From Candidatus Magasanikiibacteriota bacterium (GTDB lineage Bacteria > Patescibacteriota > Patescibacteriia > Magasanikbacterales > GWA2-37-8), in assembly GCA_041665405.1 (NCBI GenBank), contig JBAYIZ010000005.1:2513-66512 (forward strand): a stretch of DNA of 64,000 bases, in the 5' to 3' direction. The position numbers and the translations under genes were made by a program. Below, piece by piece: positions 56,543 to 64,000 of the stretch. Within the stretch, counting starts at the first letter, position 1. Each line of letters begins with the position of its first letter. The notes under the pieces are model-generated. The model was not told the DNA's origin. It did no database searches and saw only the letters and a program-made list of their open reading frames with translations.

Positions 56543-57499
56543 TTACGATTTCAAGATTTCTTTTAACTTTTTTCCTAATTTTATCGAACAAAGACCACCA
56601 CCTGTGCGTGAAAAATCAAAAGCAACAATACTGCGTTTTGGTAAATTTTTTGGATCATATTTTATTGTCCCCCAATTTCTAGTTTTATAAAATGCCAATT
56701 CTTTATTAGTCAATTTATGAATATTATACAAAATCCAATCAGCTGGTCTAGGTAAATACATCTCCAGCTCTTTGACGGTCTCGCTCAGATACTCCGGACC
56801 AGTTTCTCCATCGGTGTGATAGGCGTTCCCCACCACAAATACCATTTTAGCATTAGATTTTTTTATTGCTTCTTTGATACCATTAGGTAATAATGTCGCT
56901 ACCACACTGGTATACAAACTACCAGGACTCAACACAATATAATCGGCTGATAAGATCGCGGAGATAGCTTCTTTATTGGCTTTTACTTGTGGATCCAACC
57001 ATACTTTTTTAATTCTTAAGTCACGACTATAATTTGGTTTATCTATCGCCGCTTCGGTTCGGATTATTTTTTTATTATTTAATTCTGCAACCAAATCACA
57101 ATTGGCTAAAGTAACTGGGTAAACCCGCCCCATAGCTTCGACACTTTCCTCTAGCGCTCTTATTGCCATATTAAAATCTCCGGCATATTGCTCGGTCAAG
57201 GTTAAAAATATATTGCCAAGATTATGACCAGATAACTTGTTGTTAGCAGAAAAACGGTTACCGTTAAATATTTTTTTTAATAATAAATAATCATACCTAG
57301 ATAGCGCCAAAATTGCTCGTAATACATCTCCTGGTGGCAAAGTACCAAATTCTTTTCTCAATTTACCGGAGGAACCACCAGAATCACTCATGGCAATCAC
57401 CGCCGAAATATCAAAAAGATCCACATTTTGTTTCAATGCCACCAACGAAATAGCACTGCCATTGCCTCCACCGATTACTACCACATTCTTTTTTTTCAT
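56543..57499 (-). CDS. YvcK/CofD-family (UPF0052, gluconeogenesis-factor-like) protein
   Basis: VVVIGGGNGSAISL N-terminus and the fold-wide pattern of YvcK. Confidence 0.65.
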   Translation of the reverse strand: MKKKNVVVIGGGNGSAISLVALKQNVDLFDISAVIAMSDSGGSSGKLRKEFGTLPPGDVLRAILALSRYDYLLLKKIFNGNRFSANNKLSGHNLGNIFLTLTEQYAGDFNMAIRALEESVEAMGRVYPVTLANCDLVAELNNKKIIRTEAAIDKPNYSRDLRIKKVWLDPQVKANKEAISAILSADYIVLSPGSLYTSVVATLLPNGIKEAIKKSNAKMVFVVGNAYHTDGETGPEYLSETVKELEMYLPRPADWILYNIHKLTNKELAFYKTRNWGTIKYDPKNLPKRSIVAFDFSRTGGGLCSIKLGKKLKEILKS

Positions 57500-57500
57500 A

Positions 57501-59324
57501 TTATTCTACAGTTACACTCTTTGCTAAATTACGCGGACGATCGACATCTTTTCCCAAAATTACGGCCATATGATAAGCAAACAACTGCAATACGATAGTA
57601 TTCAACAATGGTTCAAGTAATTCCATTGTTGTTGGTACATAAATAACATCTTCCGATAATTCTTTTGCTTCCTCATCTCCTTGCGTCGCGATCAAAATCA
57701 CTGGCGCTTTTCGCGCTAAAATTTCTTCTACGTTACTGCGCATTTTTTCATATAATTGATTTTTTGTCATAATCGCTAACACTGGAAAATCTGGCGCAAG
57801 CAATGCTATCGGACCATGTTTCATTTCACCACCTGGATATGCTTCACAATGTATATAAGAAATTTCTTTTAATTTTAATGCCCCCTCTAAAGCTACGGGG
57901 CAATTTATTCCTCTACCTAAATATATACAATTCTTATAATTTTTATATTTCTCCGCTAATGCTTTTATTTTTTCATTTTGTTCCAAAACTATTTTCATTT
58001 TATCAGGTATCTCCAATAAAGCATTTAGTAATCTTCCACCGGTAGCCACACTCACTCGATTGAGACGTCCAAATTGTAAAGCATACAAAATCAAAACAGC
58101 CACCATGTTGGTATAAGCTTTGGAAGAAGCTACCGCCAATTCTGGACCAGCATGGATATACGTACCGCCATCAGTTTCACGAGCGATAGTTGATCCGACC
58201 ACATTCACTATACCACGCACAAACGCTCCTTTGCGTTTTGCTTCGCGCAAAGCCGCCAAAGTATCGGCGGTCTCACCAGATTGGGAAATCGCAAACACCA
58301 ATGTGTGTTTATCAATAATCGGGTCGCGATAACGAAACTCACTAGCCACGTCTGCTTCTGTAGGCAAACCAGCCAAACGTTCAAAAGCATATTTTCCAAC
58401 CATACCAGCGTAATATGCCGTACCACAAGCCAGCATTACCACTCGTTTTACTTGATGCATCTGTTCATCAGTCATATTCAAACCGCCCAAATGAGCAGTG
58501 CCTTCTTCAAGACTATAACGTCCACGAATTGCATCTTTGATAACTGTCGGCTGATCAAAAATTTCTTTCAACATAAAATGATCAAACCCTTGCTTCTCTG
58601 CCTGAGCTTCATCCCATTCTATTTTTTCAATACTTTTATCTATTACTTTATGTTCAACATTATAAATTTTTAATGCATCTGGTGTTATTTCTGCCACTTC
58701 ACCATCATCCAAAAATACAACATTTTTTGTATGTGCCAACATTGGTGATGTATCCGAGGCAATATAATATTCATTTTCTCCCACCCCAATAACCAAAGGG
58801 CTACCCAAACGAGCGGCAATAATTTTGTGTGGTTCACCTGCATGCATCGCCACCAAACCATAAGTACCGCGCACTTCACCGAGAGCTTTTTGTACCGCCT
58901 TTAACAAATCACCTTCATAAAAAACTTCAATTAGATGCGCCATCACTTCGGTATCTGTTTGAGATCGCAAAGTATGCCCCTTCAAAAATTTTTCTTTCAA
59001 CTCACGATAATTTTCAATAATACCATTGTGACAAATCACCAAATCATCATTGCAAGCGGTATGTGGATGAGCATTTTCTTCAGTCACACCTCCGTGCGTA
59101 GCCCAGCGAGTATGGGCTATTCCGATCTGTCCGATTAAATCAGCTGTTTTCACTTTTTCGGCCAATGAATCTATTTTACCTACTGCCCGAATTTTTTTCA
59201 TTTTTCCTGCACTAATAATCGCTACTCCAGCGCTATCATACCCGCGATATTCCAAACGTCTCAAACCACTAATCAAAATCGGTAGTGCTTGTTTTTGTCC
59301 AATATATCCAACAATTCCGCACAT
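57501..59324 (-). CDS. glmS: glutamine--fructose-6-phosphate aminotransferase
   Basis: MCGIVGYIG (N-terminal nucleophile Cys1), two SIS domains, 607 aa. Confidence 0.9.
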   Translation of the reverse strand: MCGIVGYIGQKQALPILISGLRRLEYRGYDSAGVAIISAGKMKKIRAVGKIDSLAEKVKTADLIGQIGIAHTRWATHGGVTEENAHPHTACNDDLVICHNGIIENYRELKEKFLKGHTLRSQTDTEVMAHLIEVFYEGDLLKAVQKALGEVRGTYGLVAMHAGEPHKIIAARLGSPLVIGVGENEYYIASDTSPMLAHTKNVVFLDDGEVAEITPDALKIYNVEHKVIDKSIEKIEWDEAQAEKQGFDHFMLKEIFDQPTVIKDAIRGRYSLEEGTAHLGGLNMTDEQMHQVKRVVMLACGTAYYAGMVGKYAFERLAGLPTEADVASEFRYRDPIIDKHTLVFAISQSGETADTLAALREAKRKGAFVRGIVNVVGSTIARETDGGTYIHAGPELAVASSKAYTNMVAVLILYALQFGRLNRVSVATGGRLLNALLEIPDKMKIVLEQNEKIKALAEKYKNYKNCIYLGRGINCPVALEGALKLKEISYIHCEAYPGGEMKHGPIALLAPDFPVLAIMTKNQLYEKMRSNVEEILARKAPVILIATQGDEEAKELSEDVIYVPTTMELLEPLLNTIVLQLFAYHMAVILGKDVDRPRNLAKSVTVE

Positions 59325-59325
59325 A

Positions 59326-60108
59326 TTATTTTTTTGTTATTCTTAAAGTGGTATAAAAAGAATTTTCAAGTTTTATTCGTTTTATTTCACAAACTTCCGA
59401 TAACTGCTCAATTATTTTTTTTAAACCTTCAGGCTGATAAATAGATTCTTTAATTTTGTCACCAAGATTTATGGCATAATTCCCAAATGGAAATATTGTA
59501 GCCACACCACCAGGCTTTAATTTCGCAACTATAGTATATAAATATTTTTCCAATTTACCTATATCGCCATCCAACCCATAATGCTGTTCTCCATATGTAT
59601 CTGTAATAAGATCAAACTCTTCTTTTGGTTTACCCTCTTCATCAGTCTTATTTAATTGAAAAACAGAATGCATTTTACTATCATCGGGATGAAGTTCTGT
59701 TTTTATTAGTCCAGCATGCGGTATAGCATATTGTTTTTTTACCATATTACCCCTCATCTTCTCTGCGACATTATGTGATAGGCCAGTTGAAATAACTTTT
59801 ACCTTTGAACCAAATTCGGCCCGGAGTTGATCGCTAAACAAATGCATACCACCGCCCAAATCCAAAACCATTGCAGGGTTTTTTCTAGTAGAATTTTTTC
59901 TTTCAATCACATCACCTACAAAAGAAACCAAATCCATACCATGAATTACATTCAGATCGTAAAAACCAATTGAGTCAGCAAATCTTTCCATGACATAGGC
60001 GGGCCGTCCAATTCGTCTAATATTATCTTCTTCCAATTTTACTCCTTCTCTCCAACCTTCTATCTGCTGTGCATACTCTGGTGGCGTTAAAAATGGTGAC
60101 TCTGACAT
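59326..60108 (-). CDS. probable class I SAM-dependent methyltransferase, substrate unknown
   Basis: VLDLGGGMH glycine-rich motif I; 260 aa. Confidence 0.4.
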   Translation of the reverse strand: MSESPFLTPPEYAQQIEGWREGVKLEEDNIRRIGRPAYVMERFADSIGFYDLNVIHGMDLVSFVGDVIERKNSTRKNPAMVLDLGGGMHLFSDQLRAEFGSKVKVISTGLSHNVAEKMRGNMVKKQYAIPHAGLIKTELHPDDSKMHSVFQLNKTDEEGKPKEEFDLITDTYGEQHYGLDGDIGKLEKYLYTIVAKLKPGGVATIFPFGNYAINLGDKIKESIYQPEGLKKIIEQLSEVCEIKRIKLENSFYTTLRITKK

Positions 60109-60113
60109 ATTTG

Positions 60114-60581
60114 TTATTTTAAAATATTTTTTATTTCTTCCCAGTTGGATTTTTTACCCAATTTGTCTTCTAATGTTGTATACAAATCTTTGGTCGATAC
60201 AATATTTTTTTCTTCCAAAATTTTAGCCAACAATGTTAAGAAAAAAATATTTAAATTTTGTGGATTTATTTTTTTATTTTCAATTTCACTTTTAAAATCA
60301 CTGACATCCAACAATATACCACTACCTAAATACTGTTTAGCGCGCTCACGGGCTTGATCAGACATAACTACCAGAACATCTGGAGTAGAAAATTTGGGAT
60401 AACCAATTTTTTCATCCGAAATTTGAATAAAAGCCAAAGACACCCCACCACGTTGTTCCAAACCATAATTGGGAATATGTGAAACCTGATAATCTTTTTT
60501 GAAGGCAGTTTTACAAATGAGATCAGCAATGGTCTGAACCCCCTGGCCACCATCACCAGCGATTAAAATTTTTAAAATCAT
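60114..60581 (-). CDS. 2-oxoacid:ferredoxin oxidoreductase gamma subunit
   Basis: MILKILIAGDGGQGVQTIADLI N-terminus, typical of POR/KOR gamma. Confidence 0.7.
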   Translation of the reverse strand: MILKILIAGDGGQGVQTIADLICKTAFKKDYQVSHIPNYGLEQRGGVSLAFIQISDEKIGYPKFSTPDVLVVMSDQARERAKQYLGSGILLDVSDFKSEIENKKINPQNLNIFFLTLLAKILEEKNIVSTKDLYTTLEDKLGKKSNWEEIKNILK

Positions 60582-61252
60582 ATAATACCAAGTTTAAAAG
60601 TTTCTTTTAATTCATTTAGATGCGCAATGGTGTCTGCTCCTTTGGTTTTCCAATGAGTGGGACAAAAAGACATTATTTCTACCATAGAGAAATGTCCCGC
60701 CTGTTGAGTCTCGAATGCTTTTCTAAAATATTCTTGTATTTGTTTTGGTTCATTCACAGCACTACGAGCAAAAAAGGCATCTTTATGAGCTAAAGGACGG
60801 AAAAATTCTGGCCCAGAAATCGGATTGTCGATATTACCTTCCAAACTGGTGTCGGTTTTTTGTCCGTGCAATGTAGTGGGAGCGGTCTGTCCGCCAGTCA
60901 TACCATATACAGTATTGTTGACCACTATCACGGTAATAGGCTCATCTCTTTTGATGGCATGTGCCAAACTTTGCATACCGATAGCATAGGCGCCACCATC
61001 ACCGGTCATACCAATACAAATGGAATTAGGTCGAGCCCGTTTGAAACCGAGCATCGTGGGCGTGACTCGACCATGGTGTGTCTGAAAAGTATTGATTGGT
61101 AAAAAATTCCAAGCCAATAATGAACAGCCGATATCCAAACCCAAAACAGCACGAGTATTCAAATTCAACTCTTTCAAAATATTATGCATCATCATGAGCA
61201 CGATAGGATAACCACACCCTGGGCAAAATTTTGCGGGAATAAAATCGGTCAT
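60578..61252 (-). CDS. 2-oxoacid:ferredoxin oxidoreductase beta subunit (TPP-binding)
   Basis: FCPGCGY (Cys cluster region) and GDGGAYAIGMQSL (TPP GDG motif). Confidence 0.75.
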   Translation of the reverse strand: MTDFIPAKFCPGCGYPIVLMMMHNILKELNLNTRAVLGLDIGCSLLAWNFLPINTFQTHHGRVTPTMLGFKRARPNSICIGMTGDGGAYAIGMQSLAHAIKRDEPITVIVVNNTVYGMTGGQTAPTTLHGQKTDTSLEGNIDNPISGPEFFRPLAHKDAFFARSAVNEPKQIQEYFRKAFETQQAGHFSMVEIMSFCPTHWKTKGADTIAHLNELKETFKLGII

Positions 61253-62286
61253 AGAGTTATTTTTTCAATTTGATTAATAATTTCCTGTGTCTCTACACCC
61301 AAACCGGCATAATGTAAACTAACCAGTGATTTATCTATTTCTGGAGCTAATTCGTCGCGTACTATTCGAGCCAGTTGTCCCATACTAGATTCGATAACTA
61401 CTACCTTTTTCACCTGGCTGGCGCCAATCACTTTGTCCAACTGTTTCTTGGCAAATGGACGTAAGGTAATTGGTCTAAACATTCCAACCTTAAAACCATC
61501 AATGCGTAATTGTTTAATCGCTTCTTTGGTACTACTACCGACGATGCCGTGGGCGACAATGATAATTTCAGCATCTTCTACTTCAATAGTTTCCGCAGAA
61601 GCTACCTCATCGGCAATATTTTCAAAATCCGCTTTGGCACTATTTAATTCTTCAAAAAGTTCTTCTTCAAAAGTATAAATATTTGGCCAATGAATAATTT
61701 TATCTTCTGGCACCAAAGCATGCGGAGGAATATTTTCAATTTTTTGAAGATTTTCTAAATCTACCACTGCAGTGGTTTTTAAAGTATATCCATCGGTCAA
61801 AACAATGGCTGGAAAACGATACTTCCATGATTCATTGAAAGCCCGTCTAGTCAGTTCATAAAGTTCTTCTAATCCGCAAGGTGAATATACCAACCGCAAG
61901 CCTTCGCCATTTCCACCATAACAAGCCAAAGTAACTTCCTGTTGCGAATAAATGACGGTTCCCGAACTCGGCCCACCACGTTGTGCAGCAATCAGAACAA
62001 ACGGCAGGCGCATCGCCTCGGCCATAGACAAACCATCCTGCATCAATACGTGTCCAGGACCAGAGGTGGCTGTAAAGGCCTTCTGACCAGCCAATACCGC
62101 ACCACAAATAGCAAAACCAGCCGCGATTTCATCTTCCGTCTGTAGATATGGTTGCTTATTTTTTATCCAACCAGTAAACACTTCCGTCGCTGGTGTAATA
62201 GGATAACCATACATCATTTGTGCACCCGCATCTATTGCCGCCTGCACGGCGACTTGTGATCCGCTGATGAATTTTTTTTCAGACAT
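61249..62286 (-). CDS. 2-oxoacid:ferredoxin oxidoreductase alpha subunit
   Basis: Pyr-binding domain GSQVAVQAAIDAGAQMMYGYPITPATEV; translationally coupled to the beta subunit. Confidence 0.75.
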   Translation of the reverse strand: MSEKKFISGSQVAVQAAIDAGAQMMYGYPITPATEVFTGWIKNKQPYLQTEDEIAAGFAICGAVLAGQKAFTATSGPGHVLMQDGLSMAEAMRLPFVLIAAQRGGPSSGTVIYSQQEVTLACYGGNGEGLRLVYSPCGLEELYELTRRAFNESWKYRFPAIVLTDGYTLKTTAVVDLENLQKIENIPPHALVPEDKIIHWPNIYTFEEELFEELNSAKADFENIADEVASAETIEVEDAEIIIVAHGIVGSSTKEAIKQLRIDGFKVGMFRPITLRPFAKKQLDKVIGASQVKKVVVIESSMGQLARIVRDELAPEIDKSLVSLHYAGLGVETQEIINQIEKITL

Positions 62287-62290
62287 ATTA

Positions 62291-63037
62291 TTATTTTGAT
62301 TTTAATTTATCTGCCAAATTTAATTCTTCTAAAGTATTTACTCCGTGCCACTCGTTGGCATCGGACAATTTTATTACTTGAAACTTTTGTTTTTCATCGC
62401 GTGCTATAGCTAGTGCTGTCGGAAGTCCATACTCACCCAATTTTCTCAGTTGCGGCATCCGCGGAAAAATGTCTTCAAACCATTGTCGATCAAATACAAA
62501 TGTGCCTGTGCTAATTTCTTTAATTAATTTTTGTTCATCGGTCAAATATTCTTTTTCAATAATTTCAATTTTGTCGTTCTGTCTTACCACTCTTCCTAGT
62601 TGATACGGATTTTCAACTTCGGCACTTAATAGCGACAAAACACAATTATTATTTTCATGTTGCTCTATCACACTTAATAATGTTTCTGGTTTATAAAACG
62701 CGCTATCATCTCCGCCCAATACCAATACCTGTTCAATGTTTTTTGGTAAACTTTTCATACCCAAATAAGTGGCATGGGCGGTACCCAACAATTCATCCTG
62801 CACCACATAAGAAACCTGATCATTAAAATATTTTTGAATTACTTCTTTTTTAAACCCAACCACTAAACAAATTTGATCATTTTTAAAACCAGCATTTTTT
62901 AAGGTTTCTACAACATATGACACAATTGGACGCCCACCAATTTCAAGCATTACTTTTGGTTTGTCCAAACAGTTCAGCCGAGTGCCTTTGCCGGCCGCTA
63001 ATATCACGGTCGCTACATTATTTATGCTCTTCAACAT
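62291..63037 (-). CDS. sugar-phosphate nucleotidyltransferase (NTP_transferase fold)
   Basis: ATVILAAGKGTRL (the G.G.R nucleotide-binding loop). Confidence 0.7.
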   Translation of the reverse strand: MLKSINNVATVILAAGKGTRLNCLDKPKVMLEIGGRPIVSYVVETLKNAGFKNDQICLVVGFKKEVIQKYFNDQVSYVVQDELLGTAHATYLGMKSLPKNIEQVLVLGGDDSAFYKPETLLSVIEQHENNNCVLSLLSAEVENPYQLGRVVRQNDKIEIIEKEYLTDEQKLIKEISTGTFVFDRQWFEDIFPRMPQLRKLGEYGLPTALAIARDEKQKFQVIKLSDANEWHGVNTLEELNLADKLKSK

Positions 63038-63650
63038 ATTTATAAATACCTAATAAATCATTAAAAAAATTAAAACCAGATTTTATATATTCATCTTGCC
63101 CAAATCGTGAGGATTTTTTTAATACAATTTTTAATATCGGAAATTGCTTGTGCAGATCGATAGATTCTTGCGGCTTGTCGTTTATCAGCCAAACATTTTT
63201 GTCTTTTGTCATAGCCAATAACTGCTCTATAATTTCTGCTTTTGATTTATCAACCATAAAAACCTGATCAAAAAAATCCATTATACCTGCCCCTTCCACC
63301 TTTATTTGCTGAAATGACGGATCTCCCAAACTCAATAACACAACTTGTTCGTTTGATGATTTTATTTTATTTAGGAATGATATTGTGCCACTGAATCTAA
63401 ATTGATCTAGTTTTGAAATAATATTTTGTAATTTTTCTTTAATTTTATTTTTATCAAAACCCATCTCCCCCAAAACTTCTGCATGCCTGTCGGTATGATA
63501 TGCAAACCGTCCATCTGGCAAATGATAAGCCTGCTTATATGATTGCCAAAATACTTCTTCGGAAACACCACATTCACTAGCCGCTTTTAGAAGAGCGCGT
63601 TTGAGAGCTTGCGAATCAAATAGAGTATCATCAAAATCAACTAAAAACAT
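63018..63650 (-). CDS. HAD-superfamily hydrolase/phosphatase
   Basis: MFLVDFDDTLFDS (the DxDxT motif I). Confidence 0.65.
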   Translation of the reverse strand: MFLVDFDDTLFDSQALKRALLKAASECGVSEEVFWQSYKQAYHLPDGRFAYHTDRHAEVLGEMGFDKNKIKEKLQNIISKLDQFRFSGTISFLNKIKSSNEQVVLLSLGDPSFQQIKVEGAGIMDFFDQVFMVDKSKAEIIEQLLAMTKDKNVWLINDKPQESIDLHKQFPILKIVLKKSSRFGQDEYIKSGFNFFNDLLGIYKYVEEHK

Positions 63651-63651
63651 A

Positions 63652-64000
63652 TTATTTTAATTTCTCCCACAAGGCATCAAAAATACCTTTCTGCGTTTGA
63701 TAAACACCACTGTTTTCTATTACCACTCCCACCAAATCTCCATGCGTGTCCAGCGAAATATAAGCGGTACAACCAGGATAAATAATAATATAAGTTGGTG
63801 AATCTTTTTTTATTTCCAGCCACTTACGTTCATCCAATCCGCGCAATTCGCCACCGCCACCAATGGCAATCGCTTTTACTTTTATGCCTTTGGCGATGCG
63901 TGCATCCGAAAAAGATTCAAACCCTTCATAAAGATAATCGCGGATAGAAAGATCCGAATACACTCGATATTCCAATTCACCAGTTTCTACACAACGTTCC
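63652..64000 (-). CDS. hypothetical protein, N-terminus beyond the window edge
   Basis: The ORF is open to the window end in frame; the track start is a TTG. No motif recognised. Confidence 0.3.
   Translation of the reverse strand, partial: ERCVETGELEYRVYSDLSIRDYLYEGFESFSDARIAKGIKVKAIAIGGGGELRGLDERKWLEIKKDSPTYIIIYPGCTAYISLDTHGDLVGVVIENSGVYQTQKGIFDALWEKLK

Noticed and set aside
1-64000. CRISPR array
   Set aside because: No series of regularly spaced identical direct repeats was seen. The only repeat family (the ~75-bp cassette boundaries) is spaced 1-3.4 kb apart with genes between copies.

Overview
This is an AT-rich bacterial chromosome segment (about 35% GC judged by eye, not computed) with a Patescibacteria/CPR-like character: small genes, minimal metabolism and a thymidylate-synthesis cluster. 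It has three parts.

1. Positions 1-8225 hold an accessory array. Eleven ORFs, all on the minus strand, lie immediately 3' of a minus-strand tRNA (hand-folded as tRNA-Arg, anticodon GCG). A ~75-bp direct repeat occurs five times and splits the array into cassette-like units. Its left half is identical to the terminator hairpin just downstream of the tRNA. The units carry:
- a HicA/HicB-like toxin-antitoxin pair;
- a P-loop kinase, an unknown protein and a MazG-like pyrophosphohydrolase;
- a 554-aa protein with five tandem ~48-aa C-terminal repeats;
- an HTH-Fic protein with a palindromic operator in its promoter;
- two strikingly GC-rich ORFs, each followed by a copy of a conserved ~175-nt highly structured GC-rich element.

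2. Positions 8.3-36 kb and 37-64 kb are core genome:
- a second tRNA (Val) and an LCP-family protein;
- der, pth, dprA, topA and rplA (with a consensus promoter);
- a split pyruvate-kinase-like / PEP-utilizer pair;
- dCMP deaminase, a P-loop kinase, dut, thyA, folA and tmk;
- two TrmB-type regulators flanking an ABC transporter, and a livJHMGF-like transporter;
- gatB, an AspA/FumC-family lyase, ruvA and a Nif3-like protein;
- a FemAB/GNAT-like protein plus a double ATP-grasp ligase;
- ileS with a possible T-box leader; rpiB, rpe, trxB and a PfkB-family kinase;
- a SpoU methyltransferase, a NUDIX hydrolase, and a SucC/SucD/citrate-synthase-like trio that resembles citryl-CoA synthetase/lyase;
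- an RlmI-like methyltransferase, a GNAT acetyltransferase, YvcK/CofD, glmS, and a three-subunit 2-oxoacid:ferredoxin oxidoreductase;
- a nucleotidyltransferase and a HAD hydrolase.

3. Two further isolated GC-rich insertions sit in the core:
- a divergent uracil-phosphoribosyltransferase-like gene with a structured leader (36.3-37.3 kb);
- a 249-aa unknown ORF wedged between the ileS leader and the rpiB promoter (45.85-46.69 kb).

No CRISPR array, rRNA, transposase or integrase is visible in the window. The ORF track uses alternative start codons, so several true starts are probably internal ATGs, as noted per feature. All homology calls come from motif recognition by eye; no searches were run.
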